A stretch of 63,286 nt of DNA, filler included, from Choristocarpus tenellus KU-1152 (Eukaryota > Protista > Phaeophyceae), in assembly GCA_964200185.2 (NCBI GenBank). It is 11 parts of 11 records of this genome, joined end to end, with 100 filler letters (N's around TTAATTAATTAA, not from the genome) between each part and the next. Parts side by side here need not be neighbours in the genome. Positions count along the whole stretch, not along the records: positions 10,729 to 16,737 come from CAXNAD020009180.1; positions 16,838 to 20,524 come from CAXNAD020018526.1; positions 20,625 to 26,854 come from CAXNAD020008623.1; 8 more parts are not named here. One strand, written 5' to 3'. The notes beneath the pieces are model-generated. The model did no database searches and had not been told where the DNA came from. It was given only the letters and a program-made list of their open reading frames with translations. Below, in pieces: positions 12,402 to 25,800 of the stretch; positions within the stretch are counted from its first letter, which is position 1; each line of letters starts with the position of its first letter. The position numbers and the translations under genes were made by a program.

Positions 12402-15400
12402 AAAAAAAAAAAAAAAGGCACACCACCCCACCCAAAACCCCCCCCCCCCCCCCCCCCCCCCAGGCGTTCCCTCTCCCGCTGCCTGTAAGCCCTTCTCCCC
12501 TCCTTACAGTGAAAAAAAACAAAGGGTCACCTTCTCATATAAAACAGCCCTGTCAAGACCAAATAGCCGCAGGGCCACAGCTGCAGGGGTGGACAGGCGG
12601 AGTAAGTGTGAAGTAGAGGGCATTGATTGCTGCATTGGCTTGTACCATGGCCTGAGCCACTTAGGGTCCAGACATGACTCAAGAAGGAGCAATGCCTCCA
12701 TCAGATCCTTGGGGAATGATGGTGAGAGGGGGTGAAGGACATGAAGGGTCACAGTGCTTCAAATACCGTCTATATCCAATGTTGGAATAAAATGGAATTC
12801 TGATTTGATATATGGCGGGGGAGGAGGGGGAGTTTGATGTAAGACAAACATTTGAGGTGTGGGGTAGTGAAGGAGTCACACCTGAAGGAAAAGATAGTGT
12901 GGCATACTATCATACAGACATGCCAAAATTAACCACCTCCAGCTGAGGGAGAGATTCACAATACAATACAAAAAAAAACTTACCTTGGTTTAGTCAAGCA
13001 TATCATACATCACACTAGACACCACATACATGTCTCAGGATAAGCCCCCTTCATCAAAACAGAACTTGAAAACCTCCCTGTCACCCTTGCTTCCAGACCA
13101 GCAATACTAAACAAAACACTTTACAAAAAAAAAAACGCAATAAGAACACCTTGGAGGACACAAAAGTCGAACACAACCTCTGAGATATTTTCAACCAGAG
13201 GGGCAGGGGCAGGGGCAGAGGGGGGGGAAGAACTTACCTGACCACTTTCTGCAGATGCCACGTGGGAGTGCCAGCTTTCCCTTAGTGCAGGTGTCCACCC
13301 AGATGCCTGCAAGATTTCAGGTTCTTCTGCTCCATCCGCCACACTGTCAGACGAGGAATTCTTCCTTGCATTGTGGCTACCACGGGTGATGTCACCTCCA
13401 CTGCTTGTTGCTGAGGTTCCTTCCTTGAGAGCCCCCTTAGGCAAAGCCTTAAGGAATGCCACTAATCCCAACTTCAGAGCTCCAACCTGCCCCCAACAGT
13501 GAGTCATTGATATGCATAGAATGGTAGGGGAAGGTCACAGAGAGGGGGTGGGTGGGGGGATGGGGGTCATGGCGGAGTTGGAGAAGGAGAGGAGGGCGGT
13601 AAATCTTAACTTCCGTCTCGCATAGGTGCAGGACTTGATGTTGAACTGTCCCTGAAGTAGGTACTAAAATGAGGTACAAGGTGCGGACATCATTCACATT
13701 TTTCGTTTTTATTGAGACCAAACCGTAACTGAAAATGAATCGCCTTCCATATTTGTGTGTGAGCAAAAGCACAGCAGTAGTAATGCACAGACCAAAAAAC
13801 CTTCCCAAGTTCAAGGAACACCAACACATACACACCGTAACACCTATCAGAGGTGGGGATCCAGAGCCCTCGAGACAAGGTGAGGGTTAGCATTACTACC
13901 AAGGCAAGGGATTGAGGGCATAGCAAGAACCAAGACATGGTTCACCTCTTCACACAGGAACGGCAATTCCATTAACACTGGCATCCCAGCCTCCTCTTGT
14001 CTGTGCTTAGCCTCCTGATAGTCCAGGGCAAGCAGCTTCCGCAGCGCTGCCGTTGCACCAGTGGTAGCATGTTTAGCAGTAACCTGCAAGCACAGCGTGT
14101 GAGGCAATAGGTGGGGCATAGAGCGCCAGGTCGTTGGCGTAAGGGATCAGAAATCATGAAAGTGGAATAGCACGCTGGCTCAGGAGGGTATCCCTAGCCG
14201 GACGGGTTGTTGGGTCATGAGTGATCAGTGCTGCTACTTGCTGGTCCCCAGGGTAAATGCAACAATTGCACAAAAGGGTGAGTAGCCATGGCGCTGAGCT
14301 CTCATACCTCCCACCCCCTCACCCCCCACACAACTAGAAAAAAGATGCTTGTGCTGGACCACAGCAGCTACTTTAACACACGGTATTTGAGGCGTCAATA
14401 TGCTGTAGCAGGAATAACACCCTAGCACGTTGACAGTAGAGATCTAACACTACGATTACTTAAACCTAACCCTACAAAAAAAACATGCCGTAAAAATGTA
14501 CAAACCCACTACCTCACCCCAAACACATTCAAACATGGTCCATTGAAGCAGAATTAACCCACCTCCGACCTAAAGCAGAATTAACACACCCAACAAGTTC
14601 CCTCTCGATTCCCCTGCAAACACACGAGGGGCGAGGATGGAGATAGGAGACACCACACTAAACCACACCATACCTGCACATTGAACTCCAAGGGAGAGCA
14701 CTCAGAACAGCCTGAGGCAGAGAACTTGAGGCGATAGACTCCTGTCCTCATAAACTTTGGTACACAGAAGAAGTAAATGCCTCCAGATCCGTAAGGATGG
14801 TCCAAACTTGTCTCAACAACCTGCGGGCCAGGGGGGGGGGGGGGGGGGGGGGATAGGGGGGGGAAAAAAATAAGTCAAAAAAAAAACATCTCTNNNNNNN
14901 NNNGGGGGCGAGGGTGATATGAGAGGGAAAACAATAAGTCAAAATCAAAACATCTCTTGAATCACAAAGACAACTGTACAGTGCTACAACTGTAAAGGGG
15001 AATTTGAAGGACAAAGAGGTCACAGAATTGAGTTAACTCGTTGAAGAAGACAGTACATCCAGATTGACTCTTCCCTCCTCACCCTAGTCCATTTTCCTAC
15101 CCACACAACCTCACCTTGACACCCTCTCGGAAGATCTGGAAGGCCACTTTCAACCCTTCCGAAGCTGGAATACGCAGCAGCCCTTCCTCACCAAAGAGGG
15201 CCACCGCATGATACTGCCGAGGGTGGAACTGTATGCAACCATCATCGTTGACATTCTAACCCAAAGGATAATTTTTTTTAAAAGGCAAGAACAGAGGCAA
15301 CAGAGACGACCAAAATCATACAGCAGTTTTGCCCGGGCGCATTGGGGGGGGGGGGGGGGGGGGGGGGATTTTAAAAAAAAAAAAAAAAACTTAAAAGGGT

Positions 15401-16737
15401 GTGGGAGGGGAANNNNNNNNNNGGGGGGGGGGATGTGAGATTTTACAAAATAATAAGAATACTTCAAAGTGTCTGTATGCACATACACAAACGACTATCC
15501 TCACAGCTCGGTGACTAATAGAACAGTATTATATTCCAGGAACGTTTTGATGCAGTGAGCACTATGGTCTGTACACTATGTACTGTACACTATGTACTGT
15601 ACACTATGGACTGTACACTTTGTACTGTACATATGTACCAATATCTTCTCGTAATACAATAGGAGCTGGCAAGGCATCATTGCTCAGCGATAAAAGAGGT
15701 GGGCCCAGCACACTATTCAAGGGAGGAAGCCAAGCGCACGGGCTGTGGCACTCCTGAACCTAACATTGAACAAGCAAGGCATGCATGCACACACACAGTG
15801 CGAATATTGATAGTCAAAGACCATCAAATACTTACAGTTTGTACTTACAGTTTGTACTAGCAGTTAGTACTAGTAGTTAGTACTAGAAGTTAGTACTAGT
15901 AGTTAGTACTAGTAGTTAGTACTAGTAGTTAGTACTAGAAGTTAGTACTAGTAGTTAGTACTTACAGTTTGTACTAGTAGTTAGTACTAGTAGTTAGTAC
16001 TTACAGTTAGTACTTACAGTTAGTACTTACAGTTAGTACTAGCAGTTAGTACTTACAGTTTGTACTAGCAGTTAGTACTAGTAGTGCAGTTCGTAGTACC
16101 TCTGACCACGGATCCCAATAGTCCACAGACTCAAATGACAAATACCAGCAACATTATTATTATTAATAATATATAATAAGAATAAGAATATTTGTAACAC
16201 TAAAGGCCCTGGGGTGGGCAGCATGTACATGGCAAAGATCTATCATTTGCCTACTGCCAAACCCTTGGCACAGTCTAAACCCACCAGCCTCAACCTCCAA
16301 CCTCCAATCCCCCATCCCTTCAACTTTACCACCACACAAGATCACAGTGAAACATGTCCCCCATCCCCCCAGCGAAACAAAACCCAACCTTGCTTGCATC
16401 TTTCACAAATCTAACAAAAACAGAGCACCCTTCCCACCAACACTACACAAACCCAACCCAATCGTCCATAGGTCAATCACCCACCTCATCCAAGTCGTCC
16501 AAGTCCTCAAACTCAACCGTCGCCTCAGTTGCAGGTTTCACCATGTTTGACCTCTCCAACATCAGCCTCAACTCCACACTATCATACTTGACCCCCTTCT
16601 TCCTGTCACTCCCTAACCCTAACCCTGACTCTGCCACTCCCCCCCCCCCCCCCCCCCCCCCCCCGGCCCCCCGCCTTCCCCCTCCTCGCAGCGCCCCTCG
16701 GTCCCCCCCCCCCCCCCCTCCCCCCCCCCCCCCCCCC
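10729..16737 (-). CDS. Internal part of a chromatin-associated protein: WHIM3/MBD9-C-like domain, acidic tract and RanBP2-type zinc finger
   Basis: In-phase exons 13486-13238, 12707-12531 and 11802-10729 give LKLGLVAFLKALPKGALK..WTPALRESW..DLMEALLLLESCLDPKWLRPWY..AAVALRLFGLDRAVLYEK, then poly-E and WECPTCTLMNAVEMDKCVVC (W-x-C-x2-C-x3-N-x6-C-x2-C). Further exons near 13.94-14.08, 14.67-14.82, 15.11-15.26 and 16.49-16.64 kb. Confidence 0.75.
15561..15638. repeat. 14-bp tandem repeat (ACTATGTACTGTAC), about 5 copies, intronic
   Basis: Directly visible. Confidence 0.85.
15829..16085. repeat. 13-bp minisatellite (GTACTAGTAGTTA / GTACTTACAGTTW), about 19 copies, intronic
   Basis: Directly visible. 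Confidence 0.9.
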
Positions 16738-16837
16738 NNNNNNNNNNNNNNNNNNNNNNNNNNNNNNNNNNNNNNNNNNNNTTAATTAATTAANNNNNNN
16801 NNNNNNNNNNNNNNNNNNNNNNNNNNNNNNNNNNNNN
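16738..16837. other. Artificial contig-joining spacer
   Basis: N44-TTAATTAATTAA-N44. Confidence 0.97.
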
Positions 16838-16887
16838 CCAAATGGACAAACAGGGCAAAACTCGTACCCTCTAAGATACTTTCACTC
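16838..16887 (-). mobile_element. Partial MITE family 1 copy at contig start
   Basis: Reverse complement of the first 50 nt of 28806-29064. Confidence 0.85.
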
Positions 16888-17821
16888 GTTAAAATTGAAG
16901 TAATCTTCGTTCTTTTACTGCGTTGACTAGATAAATGTGATGTGTGTGAGAATTGAACCAATCTGACGTCTTTTACTTCCATTTTCATGGGAAGTGTGTA
17001 GAATGGGGAGTGTACACAATAAGATGTTTTAGGTTTGAGAGTTCCAGCAACTCTTTCATTGCCTGCACTCTCATGGGGGAGTGTGCAAAGTAGGACAATA
17101 GTGAGGTGTACCTTATTTTGTGTGTGAGAGATAGTCATTTTGATTGAGTCCATGCGATGTAACTAATGAGAAAGTACATCAGAATTATGAATGGAATATG
17201 TATAGGTTTTGTTGATTTGAATTCAACTACTTTGATTCAATTGTTGACTTCTGTAGGAAGCACAAATAATAATAAACAAGCAACGAGAAGACACCCCGCA
17301 AAGGTCACTCTTCTAATTTCAACCATCCATTCTTTTTCACGTTCAGCAAAGGGTCATGTGAGGCTTCACACCCTCTTATCTTCACTACTGAGAAATAGCA
17401 TTACCTCCCAAAGTAATTTGCACAATTAATGACTTTTTCATCCGTTTTTTGCGGTTTTCAGAAACGAACACGATGTTCAGGGGAGGTGGTGGAAGCGCCT
17501 AGTCTGCCTCTTCGACCTATCCGAAAGGATGGGGGACACCCTCGTGCATGATCAGTGAGTTCAGAATCCGCGAATGATGAAGAGACACTAGATGATGAGC
17601 CTGACGGACTGGACTCTGCCCCGTCGTTGCTGGACGAACCCAATGTTTGAATGTCTGCATTTTCACCGGTCTTATGTTCCCCTCCGTTCACAGAATCAGC
17701 TTATGCTGTTAACTCTCCTTCTTGTTGCCCACGGTGTGGTCTGGTCTAAGTATTAGGAATTGTGGCATACGGAGGCTGAAGCTGTGCCCTTCACCCTCTA
17801 TATTAACTCACTGGTGGACCA

Positions 17822-18800
17822 ATGTGAATCGTGTGTTTCTGTGGCCACGTGGTTCACTCAGACAACGGTCGTGAAGAGAATCGCCAGGCAAGACAAACCA
17901 GACAGACCAAGACGAACTGGAACCGAGAGGAAAAGGTGAGATTGGAAAGAACTAAGTATGTGCGGAGAGTGGAAAGTGAAGACTGATGAGAATAGAGCAG
18001 ATGTGTCAGGGGTAAATAGAAGATATAGAGATATCTTTCACATCTAGGGGAACTGTTACTTTTATAGGGGTGCTTATGATATTCAGTTGACCTTTTCCCT
18101 GACACATTTGCAAAATGTGGAGGGGAATAATAATATGATACAATAAACTAACAAGAAGTCAAGGCCTTTTACAATATCTTATTACATAGAGGCCTTGTCT
18201 ATTTTTCACGTTACTTCGCATACAAAAGTTAAAAGCCAGAACAAACTACATTTTTTTATTATTATGCTCTCTGACATTTTGGAGATGTGTCAGGGAAGAA
18301 GCCAATGAAACGTCAATTCAATATCGTAAGAATGTAGAAGTGACAGTTGTAGTATGAAAGGTATATTTCTATATGTGAATCGTGTGTTTCTGGGGCGGCG
18401 TGTGGTTCACTCAGGCAAGGATGGTGAAGTGAATCAATGGGCAAGATGGACCAGACGAACAAAGATGAACCGTAACCGAGGGTTCGAGGTTAAGGTTGGA
18501 CAAGTGCAAATTAAGGAGTCATGAGCATCTTCAAAGAAGGGCCTCATGAAAACAAGTCAAGACGTGAGAACAAAGTGGATCTTCCATGTGTGACAACTCT
18601 GAATGACGAGCTGTCCCAAGTCTGTGGGATTGGTCTCATGAAGAGATTCTATTGTTTCATTCTGACGGAAGGTCCGCCAATGGAATCATGGATGCTTGAC
18701 AAGGAACCAACCTCAATCGGTACAACAGTATAACGGTATACGGCATACGGCAATAATGGTATAACAACAGACAAACATGCTTTCCGCATCACCCCCCTCT
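17822..18800 (-). repeat. Degenerate dispersed repeat (two local copies, 17822-17930 and 18373-18800), homologous to about 34620-35000 (+); probable TE relic
   Basis: Shared blocks GATTC(T/A)CT(T/C)CAC..C..TTG(T/C)CTGAGTGAACCA, GAGACC.ATCCCACAG and GTATGCC.TATACCGT. Confidence 0.6.
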
Positions 18801-19449
18801 TCTGATCCGCCTTGAAGCCATGTAAACATGAATCAAAGTCAACCAAAAAGTGAGCTCTGGGAGCGAAATGGGAAACATGTGTGACTGTTAGTGTTGCACC
18901 ATTGTATTACACGACTCCATTATACAAAATGAAATGTAATATGTATAAACGAGGCACATAATGAATATCTGATCAGAATAACATCAGCTTAAGGTTGATG
19001 GTGTGTGGTCAGCACACCAATCAAGTTACGAGGCCTGAGAGTATGGGATCAGCATACCAATCAGCCTAAGGACGAGGCGAGGAGTATATGTGGCCAGCAT
19101 ATAGGGTCTCTATTATCTTGTATAAAACAGAGGATTCACTCAGAATGGGGATACGAGGAGCAAACACTATACACGATGCCAACTAAACGGTTTGACAAGT
19201 GTTTGTGATTCGACACTGCTATGCGGGTGTTATACGATGATTTGATCACCACTCCGATGTGTGAAAACAACATCACGTGTTACATGACCAAATCAACACA
19301 GCAAATGACGAGATCAAATGTGTACACCCACTCTCCTTCCTCGATTCTGACATTGATTGGAATATTGTTCATGACGACTACAATATTCCAAGTTGACAAC
19401 TCGGACGTACGATGTTGGTGGCCCAACTCTCCTAAAACGATACGAGGTG

Positions 19450-19486
19450 TGACACATCTGCAAAATATCAGAGGGCATAATAACAT
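19450..19486 (+). mobile_element. 37-bp 5'-truncated retroposon insertion with 10-bp TSD
   Basis: ATACGAGGTG at 19440-19449 and 19487-19496 flanks TGACACATCTGCAAAATATCAGAGGGCATAATAACAT. Confidence 0.8.
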
Positions 19487-20287
19487 ATACGAGGTGACTG
19501 TACGGTCATTACATAATGTCGGGGGAATCATGCCACAAGAAAAAATAAATATATAAATAACATGTATGGCTCACCTGAAGTCTCCATCTCTTACCTGGTG
19601 GTAGACTTGAATCTTCATTTTTTTCTGTTTTAGGATAGGATTAGTTATTTCGTGACGATCAAGAAATCCATTTCATGAAAACTTCACATGATGTAATGAA
19701 CAGCCACCTTTAGCACACACGTGCTAATGTATTAATGTGCCCGGTGATACGGTCTCTTCACCCCCGCATGTGTCCACTCATGCAAATGAGGAGAGTTAAG
19801 AGATAAAATTAGTTATATTATTAATTTATCTAAATCCACCAACATTTATGCAATCTCTTTGCAAGGATTGATAAACCTGGCAAACACGAGATGCCAAGTC
19901 AGAGCTGGACGTGAACGGGTTAACTGACATCTGTTACTAGTTATCTCATCTCTTCACAAAACGATAAACCATACCCATCAATGACAAAATGACACACAAA
20001 CGATCTGTCTAAACTAGATGGACAACGTATGTAAAGGATTATAGTGTGTGGGTACCACGAGATCTGACCAAGGGACACTACTCTTAAAAAAAAAGACTAC
20101 ATAAACACCCAATTAAATAAACAAACAAATATTTGGCCATGATCTGTACCACACATAAACACGATAATCTCTTTGCTGACACTATAGGTTATGACATGAC
20201 AGCAATGCACGATATACAGGCTATGCCAAGGAGTTATGATAACAGTAAATACGAATTCTCAAGTCAACACCACAAGGGACGAGAATT

Positions 20288-20520
20288 TTACTGGTTGTCC
20301 AATCCATTTACTGCACGATAGGCTGCGATCATTTCACGGCATTGTGGGATCTGTTCTATTCTTTTGTGAAGATCAAAAGACGGTCCATAGCCACAAAGAC
20401 GAAGGCAATAGATAACATATTAGTGGACGAACGACGACCAGGACCAGATCTATGTCCAACAATGCCATCAATAGTGTATTGGCCAATAACAGGTTGAGAG
20501 ATTTGATGGTCTACATCCGG
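20288..20520 (-). mobile_element. Frameshifted chromodomain, likely the C-terminus of a Ty3/gypsy chromovirus pol
   Basis: YTIDGIVGHRSGPG / (frameshift) / YCLRLCGYGPSFDLHKRIEQIPQCREMIAAYRAVNGLDNQ*. Confidence 0.6.
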
Positions 20521-20524
20521 TAAT

Positions 20525-20624
20525 NNNNNNNNNNNNNNNNNNNNNNNNNNNNNNNNNNNNNNNNNNNNTTAATTAATTAANNNNNNNNNNNNNNNNNNNN
20601 NNNNNNNNNNNNNNNNNNNNNNNN
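20525..20624. other. Artificial contig-joining spacer
   Basis: N44-TTAATTAATTAA-N44. Confidence 0.97.
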
Positions 20625-20796
20625 GGGGGGGGGGTGGCGACTGTCCATTTGGAGTCCATTTTTTTTATGTCACGATTTTGGGGTGATTTGGTTGCATGCG
20701 TCGGAAGGATAATGTAAGTAGTGCACTTTTCCTGGCCAGGGCCGGTACGGACACCCTGGTGTAGAACACCCCCCCCACACACACACACTTTGAGCC
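20625..20796 (-). mobile_element. MITE family 2 copy (left TIR cut by contig start)
   Basis: Reverse-complement homolog of 61863-62042 (GTCCATTTGG..GTGATTTGGTTGCATG..GGACACCCTGGTGTAGA..ACTTTGAGCC). Confidence 0.75.
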
Positions 20797-22820
20797 TCAC
20801 GTCAAATTTCGCACTTCGTCCATAAAAGGTGAATTACAAAAATTAAAAAACTGATTAAACATGCGTAAAGCTCAAAATCTGGGTACCTCTCGTATGCTTT
20901 GACTCAACTACTACTCCTACTACTACTTCGCGAACCTACTACTCAGTACGGGTGAGAACACAGACCACGCGCAGAAAGATTCTGAAAATAATCCATCACA
21001 ACCATGCACAAATTTCGTAATAGTTCTGGTTGAGTGAGATATCCAACCACGTTCTTATCTCTGGCTTCCTGATAAATGAAACACATCAACGGCAGTACTA
21101 CGGATTGAGCCTTGTTTGCCCAAGATCCTCAACAGCAACAAAATCAGATACAGAATGGGAAGAGAAAATACCGATTTTGTTACACTTCATTGAACAGCCG
21201 ATTTCAAAAATTGAGGATGGAGCTTTTCATTGAGGATGGGCTTGACCCAAAATTGACTGGGACAAAGTGTCGATATGTTTTTTTTGTATTGTTGAAAAAA
21301 ATGCCCTCCTTCAAATTTCAATATTAATTCAAAATTCCTCTTTTGTTATGGTTTTGAACTGTTTAATTTAGGTAGAGAGGGCTTTTTTGGAGAATTAGGT
21401 ACACATCTCAGGTAGATGTCACTCAAAGGTCGAAGCAAGGAAGCTGCTTGAGAGGTGTTAACTGTCGTCAGAATAACAATGATTGCAACAAAAAAGCTAA
21501 GCGTGCACAATGCACTACTACGTACAACACGTAATATTTACTCTGGAGTGTGCATGTGTGTGAACATGACTACTAGTCATTCAAAATAGTAAAAAAGACT
21601 GTAATACATTTTTCCTCTTCTTTTTTGCCTCTCCTTACTCAAATATGTCGGATTAACATGCTTCTCCACTGACTATATTGCTATTTGCATCGAAGGATCA
21701 CTACTACGATACCCAACAGACACACGTCAATATTGATTTCTTTGGGGGTACTAAACTCACGTGCCTAAAACGCACGCAAAAAAATGAAAAACACATCGCT
21801 CCACTTTTCCAGACGAGACAAAGCTTTTTCTGCATAGAACACTAACAGAACAGGCAGGCAAGTCGGTCAACATATCACGTCAATTTAATGAAGGATGAGT
21901 TAAATCTACCTGGGACAAGAGTGTCCATACCACCTGAATATTGTTCTTCCAGCGGTGCATGCACTCCCAGGAACAACACATAACACACATGGAGTTCAAT
22001 CGATTCCTCCCCAAAACAGTGCTCCAAATACTACTTTGTGTCACAAACGCATCAATCTATCAGATAGCAGGGTTCACTAACGCAAATGGCATCCACCCCC
22101 AATCATAGAAGAGAGATAGAGAGACCCTGGCAGTCTGTAGTAGAAAAAAAATGACCCCCTTCATCAATAGCTTCCTGGGATGGCTACACCAAGATCAACA
22201 CACCAACACCAAGATAAAATGGTGCAAATCAAGAATCATTCTGAGTGCATCTTCCAGGTAGCCTAGAACCCCAAACCCCAAACATGGTCCATCAATCAGA
22301 GAATAGCAAAGGCAACCAACCAAGTAAACAAAACTAGTTATCACAATGAAGCCCCCCTTGAAAAACACTAAAGATCCTATCGAGAACAAATATTTGTATC
22401 ATGCTCCCATACACTGTTCATTACTACTCTGTTTCACCACTCGAATCATACATATTATTACAGTAGATGCCAACTGAGTCCTCTGCATGGACCTCACCGA
22501 GTGATGATCTCTGTCACAAACGGACAAGAACGACTAGAACACAACTTCAACACGACAAAACAAAGCACACAGAACATGCACCCTGCTTCCACTCTTCCCA
22601 TCACCATCTCCTGTGCTGGCTAAAAATAAAAGATTGAGCAATAAAAAGTACAACAAATAGGTAAGACGTACACACACGGCACGCAAAAAGCAACATCATC
22701 ACCAATAAAACTGCATGTATGCCATCATTAAGCCAACACTTTAGAAGTAGTAGTAGATGGATATTCTTTCTCCTTCCAAGTACCCTCCGCCTCTCCCTCA
22801 ATCCTGACCCAACTCCCTAG

Positions 22821-25800
22821 CTAGTGATTCCACGAAAGTCTGGTCGACGAGTGAATAGAGGATGACGACGAAATCGATGAAACATATAAACCCGAGCTCG
22901 CCCTTCCACCCTCCTCCTCACCCCTCTCTCTATCTACGCCACCGGTGGTACCCTCATCTCCTCCCTCCACCCCTTCGATGCTCTCGGACCTCCCTCTGTG
23001 ACCATCGTAATCACAACGGTCAGCTACAGAGCCTGGTGAGTGGCGCTTTATGGTACTGCAGTTACCCCAAGCATCACAAGATTCGTCAGAAGACAACCCC
23101 AACAACCCACTCCCCCCGCCACGCGCATGACCTCTATCCTCGCCCTCAAAACGACCAAAGCGGCGGCCAAGGCGGTGATCCAAGGGTGCTGGCGTTTTGT
23201 CATGACCTCTTCCGCTGCTTTCTCCCTCTTCATAGAACAGGAGTGTGCTGTTCGAAGACACGGTGAGCGAGGAGGGAGTCGAGGCTTCGTAGGAGAACCT
23301 GGACAGTGTCAACATTGAGCAGGAAGTTTTAGGAAGGGGTTCTTTGAGCTTCTCGTCTTACGGTTACGAACTTCATCTGTTGGATTAGAATGTTCTACTC
23401 TCTATAAAAATCTACGATTCACTGCTGGGGTCTTACAAGGAAAGGCATATATGATTGAGAAACAGGAGGTACAGACATAACTGTAAGCAATTTAGGATAT
23501 TGAGCGCGAGTCCTTCACCACAGCACTGTTAGGAAGAAAGACGAATAAAGCCCTTGCAAATATCGACACTACTCCTCCCTTCACAACGAGGATGCAGGGC
23601 GCGGCTCACACTGCGTATCCTTGTGTTTCCTCTTCTTTCCTAGTAATACATTCTACAAGAATACTTTAGGGTTACAATTAATCAACAACTATACATTATT
23701 CCAGAGTAAGCAGAACCGAACAAAAGCTACCCCACAATATACTAAAACTCAGAGGGCTCAGGTGCTCCTTACAGGATTCAGAAGGTACGTATATTGTAGT
23801 GACTGCATCATTTCACAATAAATCAAATCATGTACCAAGCAGTGATTAGAATCGACCCTCCACACAGCACCCTAGGTTCATGAACAGCATCACAAACATT
23901 CTCAGAGGTACCCCCAGAAACACATATTAGTCCGGAGGCAGGTTAGGGTGCTGCAAAGACCCCTGTGTGGAGCCTCAGGATGATATCATAGGAAAGTGGT
24001 AGAGGCTCTAGGGTGTCAAGCCTGTGCTCCCTGTAAGGATAATCACTGATCTCTTTTAAGGCCTCACGAAGAGGATAGGATAGGCTCAATGTATGTGGGG
24101 GATGGGGGACAGCTGTCCATTCAGGGCCCATTTTTCCATGTCGCCATTTTGGGTGATTTGGTTGCATGCATCAGATGGACACTGTAAGTTCACTTCTCCT
24201 GGTCAGGACCCAAATGGACATCCTGTTGTAGACCCCCCCCCTCCCCAAATACTTCAAGCCATACAGACAAGTTAGTCCATTGAGGTGCGCCTGCACTGCA
24301 TCCAGTGTCCCTCTCATGCCCACCGTTGTCCTTATCTACCTCCCATTCACCAATCTCCCTCCTCCCTCTACATTGACGAGCACTGGTAGCAACTTTAGTA
24401 CTATCATCCTGCCATCATAGGGTATTAATCTCTTATCTTTTCACCCCTGTCACCCTTGATGAGTCAATGCACCTTAGAGGGCACGAGTTTTGCCTTGTTT
24501 GTCCACATTTGGGGCTTCGCTTCCCACGGTTTTTTTAATGAAATTTTCCTACCCCGAAATGTTTCGGAGTTGTTAAAATCTATACGTTATGAAAACATGT
24601 GCCTCAAACAAGGAAATTGACACACTTAGTAGCAACAGGTAGCTAAAATTACATCAAAATCACAACATTGGATCTTGGCTCCCAAACGGACGGACGTGGC
24701 TCTACCCTCTATTAGATACTCTTAATAATACATCTTGTCTCCTCAACAATATCAGATGCCATTTACCCCAACCCACAATTTCAACCAGGCAATTCTTCAT
24801 AGCAGGCATCTAGTTGGATTCCTTCCTCAATTTGATCACGACAGACAATGCGATTCATCCCCGCAGGTACAATCTCTCTATCGCAACAAGCTCGGTGTAG
24901 GATGACGCGCCTACAAGAATGACAAACACAACATGTGCGTTGCCTTCAAGTCACATCCCTCTGCCCTCAATCTCTTCACAATCCCTTCAAAGCACAAGAA
25001 GTGCAGATTGATGGCGTTGAACAAGACTTCAACCCCATCTTGGTACCTCTAAGTGTGTTGCCTGTGAGAAGGTTCAGAAAGAGTACACGACCAACATTCC
25101 AGAAAAGATTAAGGTATCTTACTTCCTAGTGTCACTGCATTGGATTATACCATACCTGCTTCATCCACAACGCAGAAATGGTCGACCTGAGGTCATGCAG
25201 GTCTAAGGCTGCCTTCACACACAGCCAGCCTTCTACCATCGTGTTGGAGTCTATCGTCTCCGGATACCTCAGGATAAATCTCACGGATATGAACAAGCAT
25301 AGCCTCCCAGCAGTTTCCTTACTGCGCCTATCCACAAGTGCTTAGTAGAAGACATCACCAGGCCTATCTTCACGTCTCATGGCACAGGGCATTCACCCCT
25401 GTCAATTTCGGCCACCTTGTGGGTAAGGCAAGTCCATCTCCACCATGAACAATAGATAATCCACAACACAATTATCCTTTACAAGTCTCAGGATAGTGGT
25501 TGACCTTGGTGACAAGGCTGCTGCATGCACCACCCATGAAAATAACAAGGGACTGACTGCACCCCCAGCAGAAGACCTACCACAGACCTTAATGATCAAT
25601 GCTGCAATCACTCTGCACCAAGCCGAAAGATCAAGTTTCCACAGGGTGGTTTACTACCAACGCCTCTTGACAACATCTCTGTCAGTCAATTTTTGGTCTT
25701 GGACGTTCCCATTGTCACAGACTTGGCCTGTTTCTTAACTGCCCACCCCCCAATTGAACAAAATGTATGTATATACAGTGTAATAGTACATTGTACAGTC

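Noticed and set aside
10847-12616. Long plus-strand ORFs rich in Ser/Pro
   Set aside because: Antisense shadows of the GC-rich minus-strand exon, or translations of poly-C runs.
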